A DNA stretch of 64,000 bases from NCBI RefSeq assembly GCF_009914755.1, contig NC_060926.1. One strand, given 5' to 3'. The stretch comes from the human T2T-CHM13v2.0 reference genome, Homo sapiens. Position numbers and translations under genes: made by a program. The notes under the pieces were generated by a model. That model did no database searches. It was not told the DNA's origin and saw only the letters and a list, made by a program, of their open reading frames with translations. Shown piece by piece: positions 49,104 through 64,000 of the stretch (position 1 is its first letter; every line of letters begins with the position of its first letter).

Positions 49104-49438
49104 AAGTTTAGGTCTCATTTGTTCTAGTTTTTGTTACTGTAACTTAACTATTCAGTTATAACTTTTAAGTGCTTTGGTTCACTGAATCTTACTTAACTTG
49201 CTACTTTACAAAATTCATATTGTTTATAGATTTTCTATTCTTTTGGGCTTTCTACATATACAGTTATATAGAAAGGGTTTTTCCCTTTCAAGTTTTTTTT
49301 GGTGGGGGGGCAAGGGGTGGCTAATATTTCTAAAACAATAGCTGAGAGAGAGCATCCTTTATATCCCTGACTGTAATGGGAATGCTTCCACTGGCTTCTG
49401 TGCCAAGGTATATGTATTTTTTATCATATAAGAAAGTC

Positions 49439-49548
49439 GGCTAGGCTCAGTGGCTCATGCCTATAATCTCAGCAATTGGGAGGCCAAGGCAAGTGGATCA
49501 CTTGAGCCCTGGAGTTTAAGACCAGCCTGGGCGACATGGTGAAACCCC
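49439..49548 (+). mobile_element. Alu left-arm fragment
   Basis: Truncated after gaaacccc. Confidence 0.85.
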
Positions 49549-49754
49549 AGATCTGGATTGTTTTGGTTGTTTCACCTCTGTGTTACTTTTGCCTACTTAC
49601 AAATTAGTACCAGCTGTGTAGCTCCCCCACCTTGGGGGCCTGAGTTCTGGCCCTGAGAGACTGAGGTTCTGAGAAACTAAACTTCTGTTTCCTCCGTCCT
49701 AGAGAAGGAAACATGCTTTCTGCAGAAACTGTTACCTGTGACTGCCTTTTGCTC

Positions 49755-50375
49755 TTTTTGAGATATATTTCACACCATAAAATGCACCCATTTGTGGTTC
49801 TTGGTATATTTCAGAGTTGTGTATCACTCCATCAATCCCATACCCATTAGCAGTCACTGCCCCCGCAGCGTGTGGCCACCTCTAACTGACTTTGTCTCTA
49901 TGGATTTGCCTGTTTTGGGCATTTCATATAATGGGAATCATACACTATGCAGCCTTTGGTATAGGGCTTCTTGCACTTACCATAATTTTTCCAAGGTCCA
50001 TCCTCTACATATTTGTGCATTTTTATGGCTCGATATTCTCTTGTATGGCTATACGACATTTCATGCATTCACTTGTTGATGGACATCTGGGTTGTTTCCA
50101 CCTTTGGGCTACTAATAATGCTGCTATGCCTGTACAACTTTTTGTATGATTATGTGTTTTCAATTCTCCTGCCTATAGACTTAGGAGTGGAATTGTAATA
50201 ACTTTCTGAAGAGCTTCCAGACTGTTTTCAACAGCAACCACACATGAAGGTTCCATTTTCTGCACATCCTTGCCAACACGTATTTTCCTACTTTTTGATT
50301 CTAGCCATCTTAACAGGTATGACATGGTTTTGATTGGCATTAATGACACTGACCGTCTTTTGAAGTGCTTATTGC
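49755..50375 (-). mobile_element. L1MB-type 3' end
   Basis: ctttgtctctatggatttgcctg...gttgatggacatctgggttgtttcca. Confidence 0.75.
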
Positions 50376-50384
50376 CAAACAGCA

Positions 50385-50600
50385 TATCATTAGACTGTTC
50401 CAGGGCACCATTACCTATATTAACTTCTTTAATCTGCACAACAACCTTATGATGTAAGATATTGTTAGCATTCCTATTTTATAAATGAGGAAACTGAGGT
50501 ATGGCCTGAATAACTTTCCAGGGTCACACAGGTAGGGAGCAACTGACCTGGGATTTAAACCCAAGCAGTGTGGCTCCACAGACAATGCTCTTACTCTCCC
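50385..50600 (-). mobile_element. MIR
   Basis: cctattttataaatgaggaaactgagg...gggatttaaacccaagcag. Confidence 0.8.
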
Positions 50601-51125
50601 TGTACACGGGACTTCCAGAAAGGACAACTATAGTAACTGAAATTTTAAAAAAATCTCATTGGACAGGTAAACAGCAGTTAGACAACTGCAGGAAAGACAA
50701 CTGGTAGGCAGGTCCAAGAAAAACACCTAGAAAGGCTTAAGAGAGAAGCTGCAGGGGATGAGAATGGCTGAAACATTTCCAGAACTAGTGAAAGGCATGA
50801 AAGAGAAAAGTCTACGATGACAAATAGGAATTAGACAGTATACTTGAACTGCAACTGAAAAGCATACCTGAAGTCAGAGTATAACCAAGTATAACCCAAC
50901 ACGGTGAAGGCTCTAGAGAAAAAGCAGAGTGGGCAGATCAGGTTTAGGAGGTTTTTATATGTTCAGAATAGACCTGAAAGAAATAATCTAGCTGGAACAC
51001 CTACCAGTGCAGGGCAGGCATTTCTACTCTTTAGCCCCAGTTAACATTTAGTTTTTAGGTTTTCTGTAATTCTAACCAAAATACCACTTTGTGTTGTAAC
51101 ATAAGATGATTCTAAAATTTATCTT

Positions 51126-51370
51126 GGCTGGGCACATCACTTGAGGTCAGGAGTTCAAGACCAGCCTGGCCAACGTGGCAAAACCCTGTCTCTACTAAAA
51201 ATACAAAAATTAGCCAGACATGGTGGCACGTGCCCATAATCCTAGCTACTAGGGAGGCTGAGGCAGGAGAATCGCTTAAACCCAGGAGGTAGAGGTCTCA
51301 GTGAACTGAGATCATGTCACTGCATTCCAGCCTGGGTGACACAGTGAGACTCTGTCTCAAAACAAAAATT
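51126..51370 (+). mobile_element. Alu with left-arm deletion
   Basis: ggctgggcac joined directly to atcacttgaggtc; TSD aaaatt(t)atctt. Confidence 0.9.
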
Positions 51371-51434
51371 ATCTTGACAGCTAAATTGGCAAAAATGACC
51401 AAGCCAAATTTTTTTAAAGATTGGACATAACTAA

Positions 51435-51701
<267 letters not shown>

Positions 51702-51823
51702 TAAACAGAGTAAGAGTTAATTTCGGTAACATCCATACCAGGAAATGCTATCCTGCAGATAAGAATGAAGCATGTACTTCCAAATACACTGACAAATGAT
51801 GTTCTCTCTGATACACTGTTTGA

Positions 51824-52153
<330 letters not shown>

Positions 52154-52181
52154 AAAAGCAACTTTTTAAAAATATGCATCA

Positions 52182-52466
<285 letters not shown>

Positions 52467-54131
52467 TATGCATCATAACTCATTTGTTATAAGACACTAT
52501 AAATGGATGGAAAAATAACTAGAAGGATACACCTAAACCGTATCATTGCTACATGAGAATACAAAAGAGCCCCCATTTTTAAAATCGCTTGTCTGTTTTT
52601 CACTAAGCCCGTATTACTTTCATAATTTAAAAGTATGAATAAAAATGAGGTACAAGAATGCTGAAATACAAACAGGTCCTGAAAATTTTTCTGAGGCAAT
52701 TAGTCCAATAGATATAAAAATATACATAAGGAAAAACTGAAAAAAGATGTATTCTGAATATTCAGAAAAATGTAGGTGGGAAAAGGAAAGTAGAAGAGAA
52801 ATTAGAATTATATGCTGGCAGGAATTTCTCCACACATGTATCAATCATCAATAGAAAGAAATTGGTTCAATTCTGCTATTAATGATTAGGATTGGGTTTT
52901 TTAAAAAAATTCAACTGTATGTTTCCCATAGGAACACCTATAAAACAAAGTAACACAGGAAGGTTAAAAATAAATGAGTGGTAAGTCTACAGGGATTACG
53001 CTAAGAAAAAAAAGCCACTTGAAAGCTGTTTTACTACATGATTCCACTGATATACCATTTTTGAAATGGTGGACAAATTAGTGGTTTCCAGGGGCTGGGG
53101 TCGGAAGACAGTAGGGAGATCATGGGTCCAGTTATAATTTGGAAGTGCTCTGTCTCAACTGTAGTAAGGTAATCACAAACCTCTAGACAGGATAAGACTG
53201 TGTAGAGCTTCACACACACAGATAAGTACAAGTAAAACTGGGGAAATCTAAGATCTGTGGGTTCTAGCAATGTCAATATCCTGGTTGTGATATAATAGTA
53301 TCATTTTGAAAAATGTTACCAGTGGGGAAAGCTGGGAAGTGCACAAGGTATATGTCTCTATTGTTTCTTATAACAGCATCAATTAAAAATAATAAAATTT
53401 AAAAATAAATGTGTGGTACCAGAAAGGTTAAAATCAAAGACATAGACAATAGGAAAAAGTAAGGCTGTGAAGCAATTAGAATTCCTATACACTGCTGGTG
53501 GGCATAGAAAGTGATTTAACCACTCTGGAATGCTATTTATGTATACCTTCTCCTAGGAATATAGCCAACAGAAATGCATACATATGTTAACCAAAAAAAC
53601 ATGTACAGAAAGGTTCATAGCAGCACTATATATAACAGCCAACAATGCCCATCAACAGAATGAATTATATGCACACAATGGACTTCTATACAGAAATGAA
53701 AATTAAACTGCTTTGTGCAACAATATAAATGAATCTCACAAACATGTTTAAGAAGCCAGACCCAAGAGAGAGACACGTTATGATCCAATAGCAAACTAAT
53801 AAAGCAATCTATCCTATTATAGTCTAAAGGAGGAAAAAAAATATGTCAATAGCCTAAAAATTCTCAGCAAACTGGAGATAGAAGGGAACTAACTTGATAA
53901 GGGGAGCTAATTATCATACTTAATGGTGAAAGTTGAATGCTTTCCCTCTAAGTGCAGGTGAAGGTAACAATGTCTACACACCACTTCTTTTCAACATTGT
54001 ACTGGAAATTCTGACCCAAAATAACATGAAAAGAAAAAAAGGATTCATACAAATTGGAAAGAAAGAAATTACTTACATGACACACTCATGTATGAAGAAA
54101 GTCTATTAAGCTTCTATTAAAAAGCTACTAA

Positions 54132-54348
54132 CAGCCCTACATATCTAAGGGGTCTGCATCCACTGATTCAACTAACTGCTGATAAAAAAAAAAAAAAAGC
54201 CAATACAGTATAACAGCTATTTACAAAGCACTTACATTGTATTGGGCATAAGTAAGCTAGAGATGATTTGAAAGGGGACAGGATGTGTGGTGTGTAGAGA
54301 GCATCCACAGACTTTTGTGTTGAGGGAGTTGGTTACTGAAGGATGACT
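54132..54348 (-). mobile_element. MER2-like TcMar-Tigger element
   Basis: tacagtataacagctatttaca..gcacttacattgtatt...ctagagatgattt. Confidence 0.7.
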
Positions 54349-54438
54349 TTACTACTCAATGTAGCAAGGTCACAAAGTCAATATATAACATTGTATTTCT
54401 ATTTGCTCAAATTGTACAGTTATAAAAATATGAGCTAC

Positions 54439-54762
<324 letters not shown>

Positions 54763-55040
54763 CTACCTAAAGATAATTTTGACAAAATGTGCAAAACCTG
54801 TAACAGAAAAGAAGACCTAAGCAAATGCAATGCAAAGTGATACCATGTTCATGGATTAGAGCAGTTCAACTCCAAACTAATCTATAGATTAAACACCATC
54901 CCAGTGAAAATCCGGGCAAGGAAACTGAGAAAGTGTTTCTAAGATCTATGTGGAAATGCAAAAGGAGCAAGAATAATCAAAACAGTAAAAGAACTAAGTC
55001 ATGTGATTTTCACTATCTGACTTCAAGACTTACTATAAAG

Positions 55041-55403
<363 letters not shown>

Positions 55404-55947
55404 TCAATCAAACATCATACAAAGTCTAGAAATGGATGATTTCAACAAACATGCCAGGTAATTCATTAATAAAATGATTTCTCAATAAGTGATGCTGGAA
55501 CAACTGGATATTCATTTAGGAAAGCCATAAACAAAAATGTGAAATAAGTCCTAGACCTAAACCTAAAATTTAAAACCTTAAATTGTCTAGAAGAAAAAAG
55601 GATAAAAGATCTCTGAAACCTTGGGGTAGACAGATTTCTTAGGACTCAAAGTATGAAAGTGAAAAATAAGATTTCATCAAAATTAAAAACGTTGTCTCTA
55701 TAAGAGACATCATTATGAAAGTGATGAGGCAGGCTACAAGACCAAGAGAAACTATGTGCAATACATTACCTTACAAAAGACTTGCATCTAAAGAACTCAC
55801 AACACAGTAAGATAATCCAACATGAAATGGGGAAAAAACTTGAAGATATAAATTACAGAAATGATATATGACTGGATAAATAAGCTCAGAAAAAGATGCT
55901 CAACATCATTAGTCAAGAGGGAAATGCAAATTAAAAGCACAATAAGA

Positions 55948-56264
<317 letters not shown>

Positions 56265-57672
56265 TCATATCCACTAAAATGGCAAAATTTAAAAGACTAG
56301 CAATACCAAGTGCTGGAGAGGATGTGGAGAAACTGGAAGACTCAGCTAGGAAATTAGAATGATACAATCACTTTGAGAAACATTTTGGTAGTCCCTTTAA
56401 ACATTCGCTTATCGTACAACCCAGTAATTTCACTCCTATATATTTAACCAAGAGAAATGAGAAATGTCCAGACAAAGATCTGTACATAAATGTTACAGCA
56501 GCTTCAGTCATAATAGCCACAAAATAGAAAAGACCTGAAAGTCCACTGACAGGTTAATGGATAAACATATTATGGCATATCTATGCAAGGAAACATTACT
56601 CAGCAATAAATATAAATTACTGATACTACAAGCTAGATCAATCTGGAAAGCTGAGAAAAAGCAGCCAGACTCAAAAGAGTTGCAGCCAGAAGGAAATGTT
56701 GGATTGGTATCTGCCTCATGGATGAAACTAAAATTTGAGACCTGTCTATGGTCACGTGTGGTTTTTTTTGTAGAAAAAAAGCACACTGAACATCAGAGTG
56801 AATATTCAGAAGCCTCTCAATAAATTGAGACAGAACCCTATTACACTCTTTGCTGCCAGGTTTTCCTAAGATTCACTTTTAATAAATCAACTGCAAACAA
56901 GAGTCCTGATAAACCAGTCAAAAAATGTGCAGCCACTGCTATACTCATAGCAAATTTCATAGCCTGAAATAAAAATAGCTAATTGACTTTTATTGAGTGT
57001 TTATTATATGCAGGTACAGCTTTAAGTACCTAATACAGATGAACTCATAACGATAAGACACTACATAATTAGTTCCACTAATAATGTGGACAGTGGACAG
57101 CATATACAAAGTAAGTCCATCAGCTAATTATCAGAGAAGATGAATAGATGTTTTATACTCAAATATATGTAAATAGTAAACTACCATGTAAAAAAAATTC
57201 ATTGCCTCCCTAGCCAAGTAAGGACTATAGTTTCAAAACAACTATTAAGCTGGCAAAAGTAAATGGAGTTATAAAATACAATGATCACAAAACTGGAAAA
57301 CCAGGTACAATTAGATATATTACTGGCAGCACTCTAAACTGTTTTTTTTTCCTAGAAAATAACACATCTAACGAAATGTGTCAAACTGTTTTCACATTCA
57401 TAAAACATCCTCAAATTGACTAATTCTGCTTTGCAACATATAACCCACGTAAATAACCCTAAGAAATGGTAAAAACAGAAATGTGCCAAGATGTCAGCAT
57501 AATGCCATTTACAGTGTAAAGATTTGCAAGCACATACACACCAACTAACAGAAAAGTCAAACACAATGTATCATACAGCCACAATGGGATAAAGCTATTC
57601 AAAGTGAAAACTCCAGACAAAGTCAACATAGACTAAGCCAATATTCAGAAACATATAAGGAAGCTGTAGGCC

Positions 57673-57690
57673 AAAATTAAATAAATATAT

Positions 57691-57723
<33 letters not shown>

Positions 57724-57837
57724 AATATATATATATATAAATATATATATATATAAATATATATATATATAAATATATATATATATAAATATATATATAT
57801 AAATATATATATATATAAATATATATATATAAAATTT
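57673..57837. repeat. Compound (TA)n/TAAA repeat, ~165 bp with no G or C
   Basis: Read directly; higher-order units of ~14-20 nt. Confidence 0.97.
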
Positions 57838-58259
57838 GGATTCACTGATTACAACTATGTATAATAAAGTATGTAGGTCTGTTAACACTTAGAAATATGG
57901 AATGATACAACTTTATAATTAAATTCTTTGTAGAAGATTGTTTAAATTCATGATAGACAAACACAAGAGATCTCAACAATCTGTCTTTAAAAAATAGTAT
58001 TTTATCTTTACATCCTAGCAACTAAATACACATTTCACAAGTTTAAGTAAAACTTAATCCTTTTGTGTCAACTCCACAACTACTCTGTTCAATTTCATTA
58101 TGAAATATACAATATTCATTTGTTCACCCAAGGTTTAATTAGTTTAAGAAAAAACTACTTAAAATTCTTCACATTTAAGCAAACTTCTGAGAACTGTCTA
58201 AACTTTTTATTCATTTAGCACAAAACATCCCCTGCAACTTAGTATAGCATCACACATAC

Positions 58260-58400
58260 CTGATGCGATGACCGGATCTTTCATAAGTTCTCTAGTTATT
58301 GGACATATAAATTCATCAGGAATTCCTGAAGAAAGGGATTTAACCTTGGTCCTGAGCTCTTCAATTTTCCTCAGCACTTTACTACGCAGTCCTAGAGATT
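58260..58400 (-). CDS. WDSUB1: WDSUB1 penultimate coding exon, SAM C-terminal helix plus U-box start ([47 protein letters not shown]), 141 nt, phase 1-1
   Basis: Minus-strand ccctaac branch point, ttcttttcAG acceptor, GTATGT donor; [15 protein letters not shown] is the U-box signature; joins in frame to 45987. Confidence 0.95.
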
Positions 58401-58487
58401 CTGAAAAGAAATTACTGTTAGGGCTGGATAACTACTAGTAATCCTTACTACTAGGATACTACCAGTAATCCTTATTCACAAATAGAG

Positions 58488-58793
58488 TTTGTTGTTGGGG
58501 TTGATTTTGAGACAGGGGCTCACTCTTTTGCCCAGGCTGGAGTGCAGTGGCAAAACGATCACCACTCATTGCAGCCTTGACCTCCTGGGCTCAAGTGATC
58601 CTCCCACCTCAGCCTCCTGAGTAGCTGGGACTACAGGCACATGGCACCATGCCCAGTTAATTTATGTATTTTCTGTAGAGATAAGGTTTCACTATATTGC
58701 CCACGCTGGTCTCGAATTCCTGGGTTCAAGTGATCCTACTGCCTCATCCTCTCAAAGTGCTGGGATTACAGGTGTGAGCCACCACAGCCAGCC
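58488..58793 (-). mobile_element. Alu (AluJ-type)
   Basis: Antisense Alu; TSD acaaatagag. Confidence 0.92.
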
Positions 58794-59671
58794 ACAAATA
58801 GAGATTTTATCTACTACCACCAGAAATCTTCTGACATACTGTTTTACCGCATGAACTATTGTTTTCTTTATAAATTCCTTAACAAATCTCTGTTGTATAG
58901 AATACTGTTGGTTAAAATATATCAGCAGCTAATAGCTCATTTTAAATAGATTCTGAAAGTTCAAGAATTTCAGGTTGCCAGACACTAATATACTCTACAA
59001 AATCAGAAAAGGCTCATTACTGCTTACTTACACAACAAAAAATTTCCTAAAAATCATTTTTAAATATGTTTGAGTTCAAAACATAAAAATGCCATGTTAC
59101 GATATTTTTAAACTTAATGAAACTGGATATATTTGCTGATTCTTGTAAGAAACACAATCACAAATAAAGCTCATCTGTTTGTCCAAACCATAAACAGTTT
59201 CACTTGTTTTTATTCTTAACTTTAAAAGATTTTTAGTTTTAGAAAGTCTAATGAATTTTAGGAATTTTAGAATTATTGGCTGTTTACACTTTTAGAACTA
59301 GTTGACAGTTCTACTTTAGGTTGAAGTGGGTAGAAGAATTAGATTTCAGAATGCCTTACAGTTACTAGAAAAAGCCAAACCAACTTTCTTTCTGTTGGGA
59401 GGTAATGCTCCATGAGGTTTATACATGTCTTAGGACACCCTGTGTTTCAGACAGTCTTCTTGAGGATGTCTGAAAACATCCTTGGAAGCTAGAGATAGTG
59501 CGTCCCTCCCTGTGGGAGGGCAGATGTTTCCTGACTACTATAATGTCTTGCCTCTTGGGGGCTATTTGCTTAGCCCCCTCATAAGACTGGGGGTTTCCCA
59601 AGCTCAGGGCTCCTCAGCTGTGACATAAACATAAACCACCACCATGAAACTTACTTAAGAGGGAAAGGGGA

Positions 59672-60077
<406 letters not shown>

Positions 60078-60869
60078 TCATTGCCCACATTCATGTGAAT
60101 GTGGCAAGTTACCCTAGCAGCTTCCTGCCACCAAAGGGCTGCTTTCCTCTGACTTCCTTCCAATGGGATATGCTGAAATGAAACTGAGGATTTTTAAAAC
60201 AATTTTTTTTAAAGTGTCACAAACAAATCAATGATTTCTTTACATGTTGAATATGATTTTGCAAAAATATTTATAACTTAAAAAGATTCCCTCAAATTCT
60301 TTATGAAATCACCATCCAGTTTCAAGAGAAAGCTATTTCAACACAAAGTACTCAAAAGTGCTTAGTTAGGGAAGTACCTCTAAAATGCAGCACAGTGTTA
60401 GCTGATCACCACAGCCAGCCTTGAATGTAACAAATCAGAGAATGGTCATGACAGTTTATCGAGTCCACCTCTTCCCAGAATGTCCCATTCACAATGCTGT
60501 GTTTTCCAAGGGTTAGCTGAGCTGTATTTTTATTTTGCCAGGCAAATACAGTGGAAGGTTTACGAGGAGTTATAATGATGGATCATGTATTCTAAGCTAA
60601 GTAAGGTGGAAAATAAGAGTAGAGATAGATAAGAGGTACATAAGATTAATAGAATAAAGGCTTAGATAAGATCAAGATTTGCTGAAGTGGGGTATTAGAG
60701 GATGAGATGGTAGAAAATCTGTCGTGACTGGGGTATGCTTCCTAAAAATCTTCCACCTGGGTAGAGACATGGCTTCAAAAACTGTCATAAATGTTTCCAG
60801 AACATGTTTGCAATAAGACAGTAGACATCTCATTTAAAGAGATAATTATATAACATAATAAGAAAAGGA

Positions 60870-61180
60870 GGCTGGGTGTAGTGGCTCATGCCTATAATCT
60901 CAGCACTTGAGAGGCCAAGGTGGGAGCACTGCTTAAGACCAGGAGTTTGAGACCAGCCTGGGCAACATAGCAAGACTCTTTCTCTACAAAAAAAATTTTA
61001 AAAATTAGCTGGGCATGGTGGTGCATACCTGTAGTCCCAGCTCCTCAGGAGGCTGAGGCAGGAGAATCTACAGAGCCCAAGAGGTAGAGGCTACAGTGAG
61101 CCATGTTCATGCCACTGCACTCCAGCCCGGGCAACAGAGTGAGACTCTGTCTCAAAAAAAAATTAAGAAAAAGAAAAAAA
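60870..61180 (+). mobile_element. Alu (AluJ-type)
   Basis: Sense Alu consensus. Confidence 0.9.
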
Positions 61181-64000
61181 TATAGGAGCAACTAATATTC
61201 TTTAAAAAGTATATTTTCCTGTCAAAAATATTCTACATGTGTGCTAATACTTACAATGCTTCTAGTATTTATAACAGAGAACACAGAAGGCCTAATTCAA
61301 AATTCCCCAGAGAAGGTTAAATTGGGCATTATCCTTCTCCAATCCTAACGTCATTTAGAAATGAAGTCAGATCATCTTGCCCTCAGGGAAGCGTTTACTA
61401 AACCACATCCCCAGAGCTCTACCGGAACCAAACATCTCCTTTTGTGATTGGGAGTTAAGAATAAGTCTTATACACTTAATTGCTGAGAAAGAAAGGACCC
61501 TTACCAGCTAAGGGCTAGTAAACCCTCGGTACCAGTATTGGGCAATATCTGGCTATTACTGACTATAATCCTGAAAAGACATCTTGATGACAAGTTAAAA
61601 TCACCCAACTCTGGAAATGCTACATCACTGAGAGTTTGATGGAATCTAGACACTAATAACCATCAAATATACAAAACTAAACTAACGGATATAAAAACTC
61701 AACCCCAAAAACCTCTGACGAAACAGAAGGTAACGGGGTTCCGGAGTGAGAGCTGGGAAATGACAGCATAGAGCAGAGATGTGGGTACATGAATGAGACA
61801 GAGACCTTCCTACGTGTGCCCTTTACTCTCCCAACTTTGTCCTGTAAGTACCGATGCCACAGCAGCCCCAGCTGGAGGCCAGTTACCAAGACAGCACGAG
61901 AGCCTGGAATTGAACAAGCACAGACCACCAAGCTGGTCACTGACTCACCTCTCCCCTACCCTGACAGAGAACAACAGAACCAAATGCTGGTTTCTTACGA
62001 AGAAAGCTAAAAATCTGCTTTTTAAAAATTAAAAATTAATTTAAAAAATCAAATTTCTACATAGAATGATCAAGAGAAGACACGAAACCTATATTAAGAA
62101 TGGAAAACACAGCTATAGATACATGAGGAATTTTTAAGAGGGTATGAAGAACAGGATAGAAGCAGTATAGTTTTTAAATTTCTCTGAAAAAACAGCAACC
62201 AGATAAACTCAAATTGCATGGACATTTCCAACAAAACAAGATAGCAAGATATCTTCATGAACCCTACAATATACGTGAGTGAGGACAAGCCATTAACAGC
62301 CATAAAGACCTGTGGTTGGCATCTGTGTAGAAGAAAGCAACAGGACATCTGATGGGCCTGAGCAAATGAGACCCCAGCATGTCCAACAAGTAAGCACTGG
62401 AAGGGAGAGTGGGCCAACTTCAGACAGCAGCTGACCAGGGAGGGTTATGCCCTTTCAACAGGGGGTCATTGCACAGTAACTAGATTTGAACAGCCTATTT
62501 CACTTTAATCACATATAAACAACAACAAAAAAACTGTAAATGTTCAATTACTTAACAATAAATGCAGTTACATAGGCAACAAGTGAAATCTACATAACGA
62601 ATTAATAAGAACCGAAACATGAAACTTTCAAAACGCGAGGATACTAAGACAGGTGATGTATTTAAATTTCTAGTTTTAATTTTAAATTAGAAAATGATAA
62701 AAATGTCTTATGTGCTTTTATGATTTCTTGGAAAGAAGAGCAAATGGAAGAGTGAACCCTTTGAAAAAAATCTCGTTCCCAATTAGGCATCTATGGTTGA
62801 TAATTATCTGAATTTCATAAATACCAACATGATATACAATAGTTCCTTAGCATTTGTCATTTTAAGTTTCTATCATTTTATCTTCTATAGCAATTCCAAA
62901 CTCCAAGATACGTAGCAATCTGCCGCATTCCCAAGGCCTAGATATAAACTGAGGCCAATGAGTAGCTAGATGGAAGCTGTGTGGCTAGTTAGTAGTAGAC
63001 TCAACTCGTTGCGTAATATCACATCTAAAAGTGACTTTCCTACTCTTAACCTTTCACACTTTATGCCTTTTGAATGAGATATTAAATGTTATAGTAGTAG
63101 TCACAAATTCATAGCAAATGTCTTAAGACATATCCCTCTCAACATCAAGGATCTCTTGAACCTGTACTCTGTCCAGACATTCCTTATCCAAATATAGTTC
63201 TAGATATAAGGAATTATTTCCTAACTAAAGCTGTACGTCTATTGTACCCTAGGCTTCCATTAACACAATCCTAGAAAATGACTATTATCCTTGGGTAAAG
63301 CTCCAAAGTCAAACATACTCAAGTCTGCAGAAATTTCATTTATTGTGTATTTACAAAAGACTCATTGAAAAAAGATTTGATAAACTGCTCAATTCCTTAA
63401 AAATAATTTAAATGTCAAACATAATAGATATACGACTTTGGTCTCAAACCCTCCAATGTACTTTACTGTACAATTAATCAACTTCCTCCATTTGCTGAAT
63501 GTTAAACTCAGATTTATTCACATTGACATGGCAGCTGTTTTAAACAGTTATATCACAAAGGCAAACGCAGGTAAAATAGATATGCATTAAAAAAGCAAAA
63601 TTCAATAGCATATATACTCATTGGTTCACCTCAACATATTTGTTTCTAGACCAAATTTAATTCTCTATTAGTGCAATTTACTATTTTGAGGTCTATTTTT
63701 CTTAAAATTCAGGACTAAAAGAAATTCATTGTAGCTTACAATACCATTTATAGAAGATTAAAGTTAGCCACTTGATCCTTTATAATGAAGGTTGCAAAAA
63801 CCTTAAAATACATTAGAATGACATAAAAAATAAATGTTACAGTCAATTTTTACTACTTTATTCTAATTTGTTGAGTTTGCTAGATCTCCATATCTTAAAC
63901 ACAAGCCTAAGAGTCCTTATTTACTAGAGAATGTGCAACATTTTTGTCTCCATTCTTAATGGTTTTTCAAATTCACCTATTAGACCATCACAGAACTTGT

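Noticed and set aside
57595-57888. Ile/Tyr-rich ORFs
   Set aside because: Translation of the TA microsatellite

Overview
Human (primate) genomic DNA with two convergent protein-coding gene ends. On the + strand are the last 11 coding exons of TANC1 (4052-40802). They splice in frame to 947 aa: ankyrin repeats, then TPR repeats, then a long low-complexity tail ending in the class I PDZ-binding motif ESNV. A ~1.65 kb 3'UTR follows (AATAAA 42434). On the - strand are the last two coding exons of WDSUB1 (end of the SAM domain plus U-box; 58400-58260 and 45987-45830; AATAAA 45613-45608). The poly(A) sites are ~3.1 kb apart. The rest is intronic or intergenic and dense in Alu, L1, MIR, MaLR/ERV LTR and DNA-transposon relics; repeat borders and subfamilies are by eye and approximate. 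I found no evidence of a new gene system. The most unusual items are a perfect 30-bp-arm palindrome in MIR-like sequence (23229-23293), an Alu with a duplication-plus-snap-back repair scar (30915-31005), a ~60-80 bp locally templated insertion into an L1 (31752 copied to 32999), and a TANC1 acceptor that doubles as a near-consensus donor (4049-4057).
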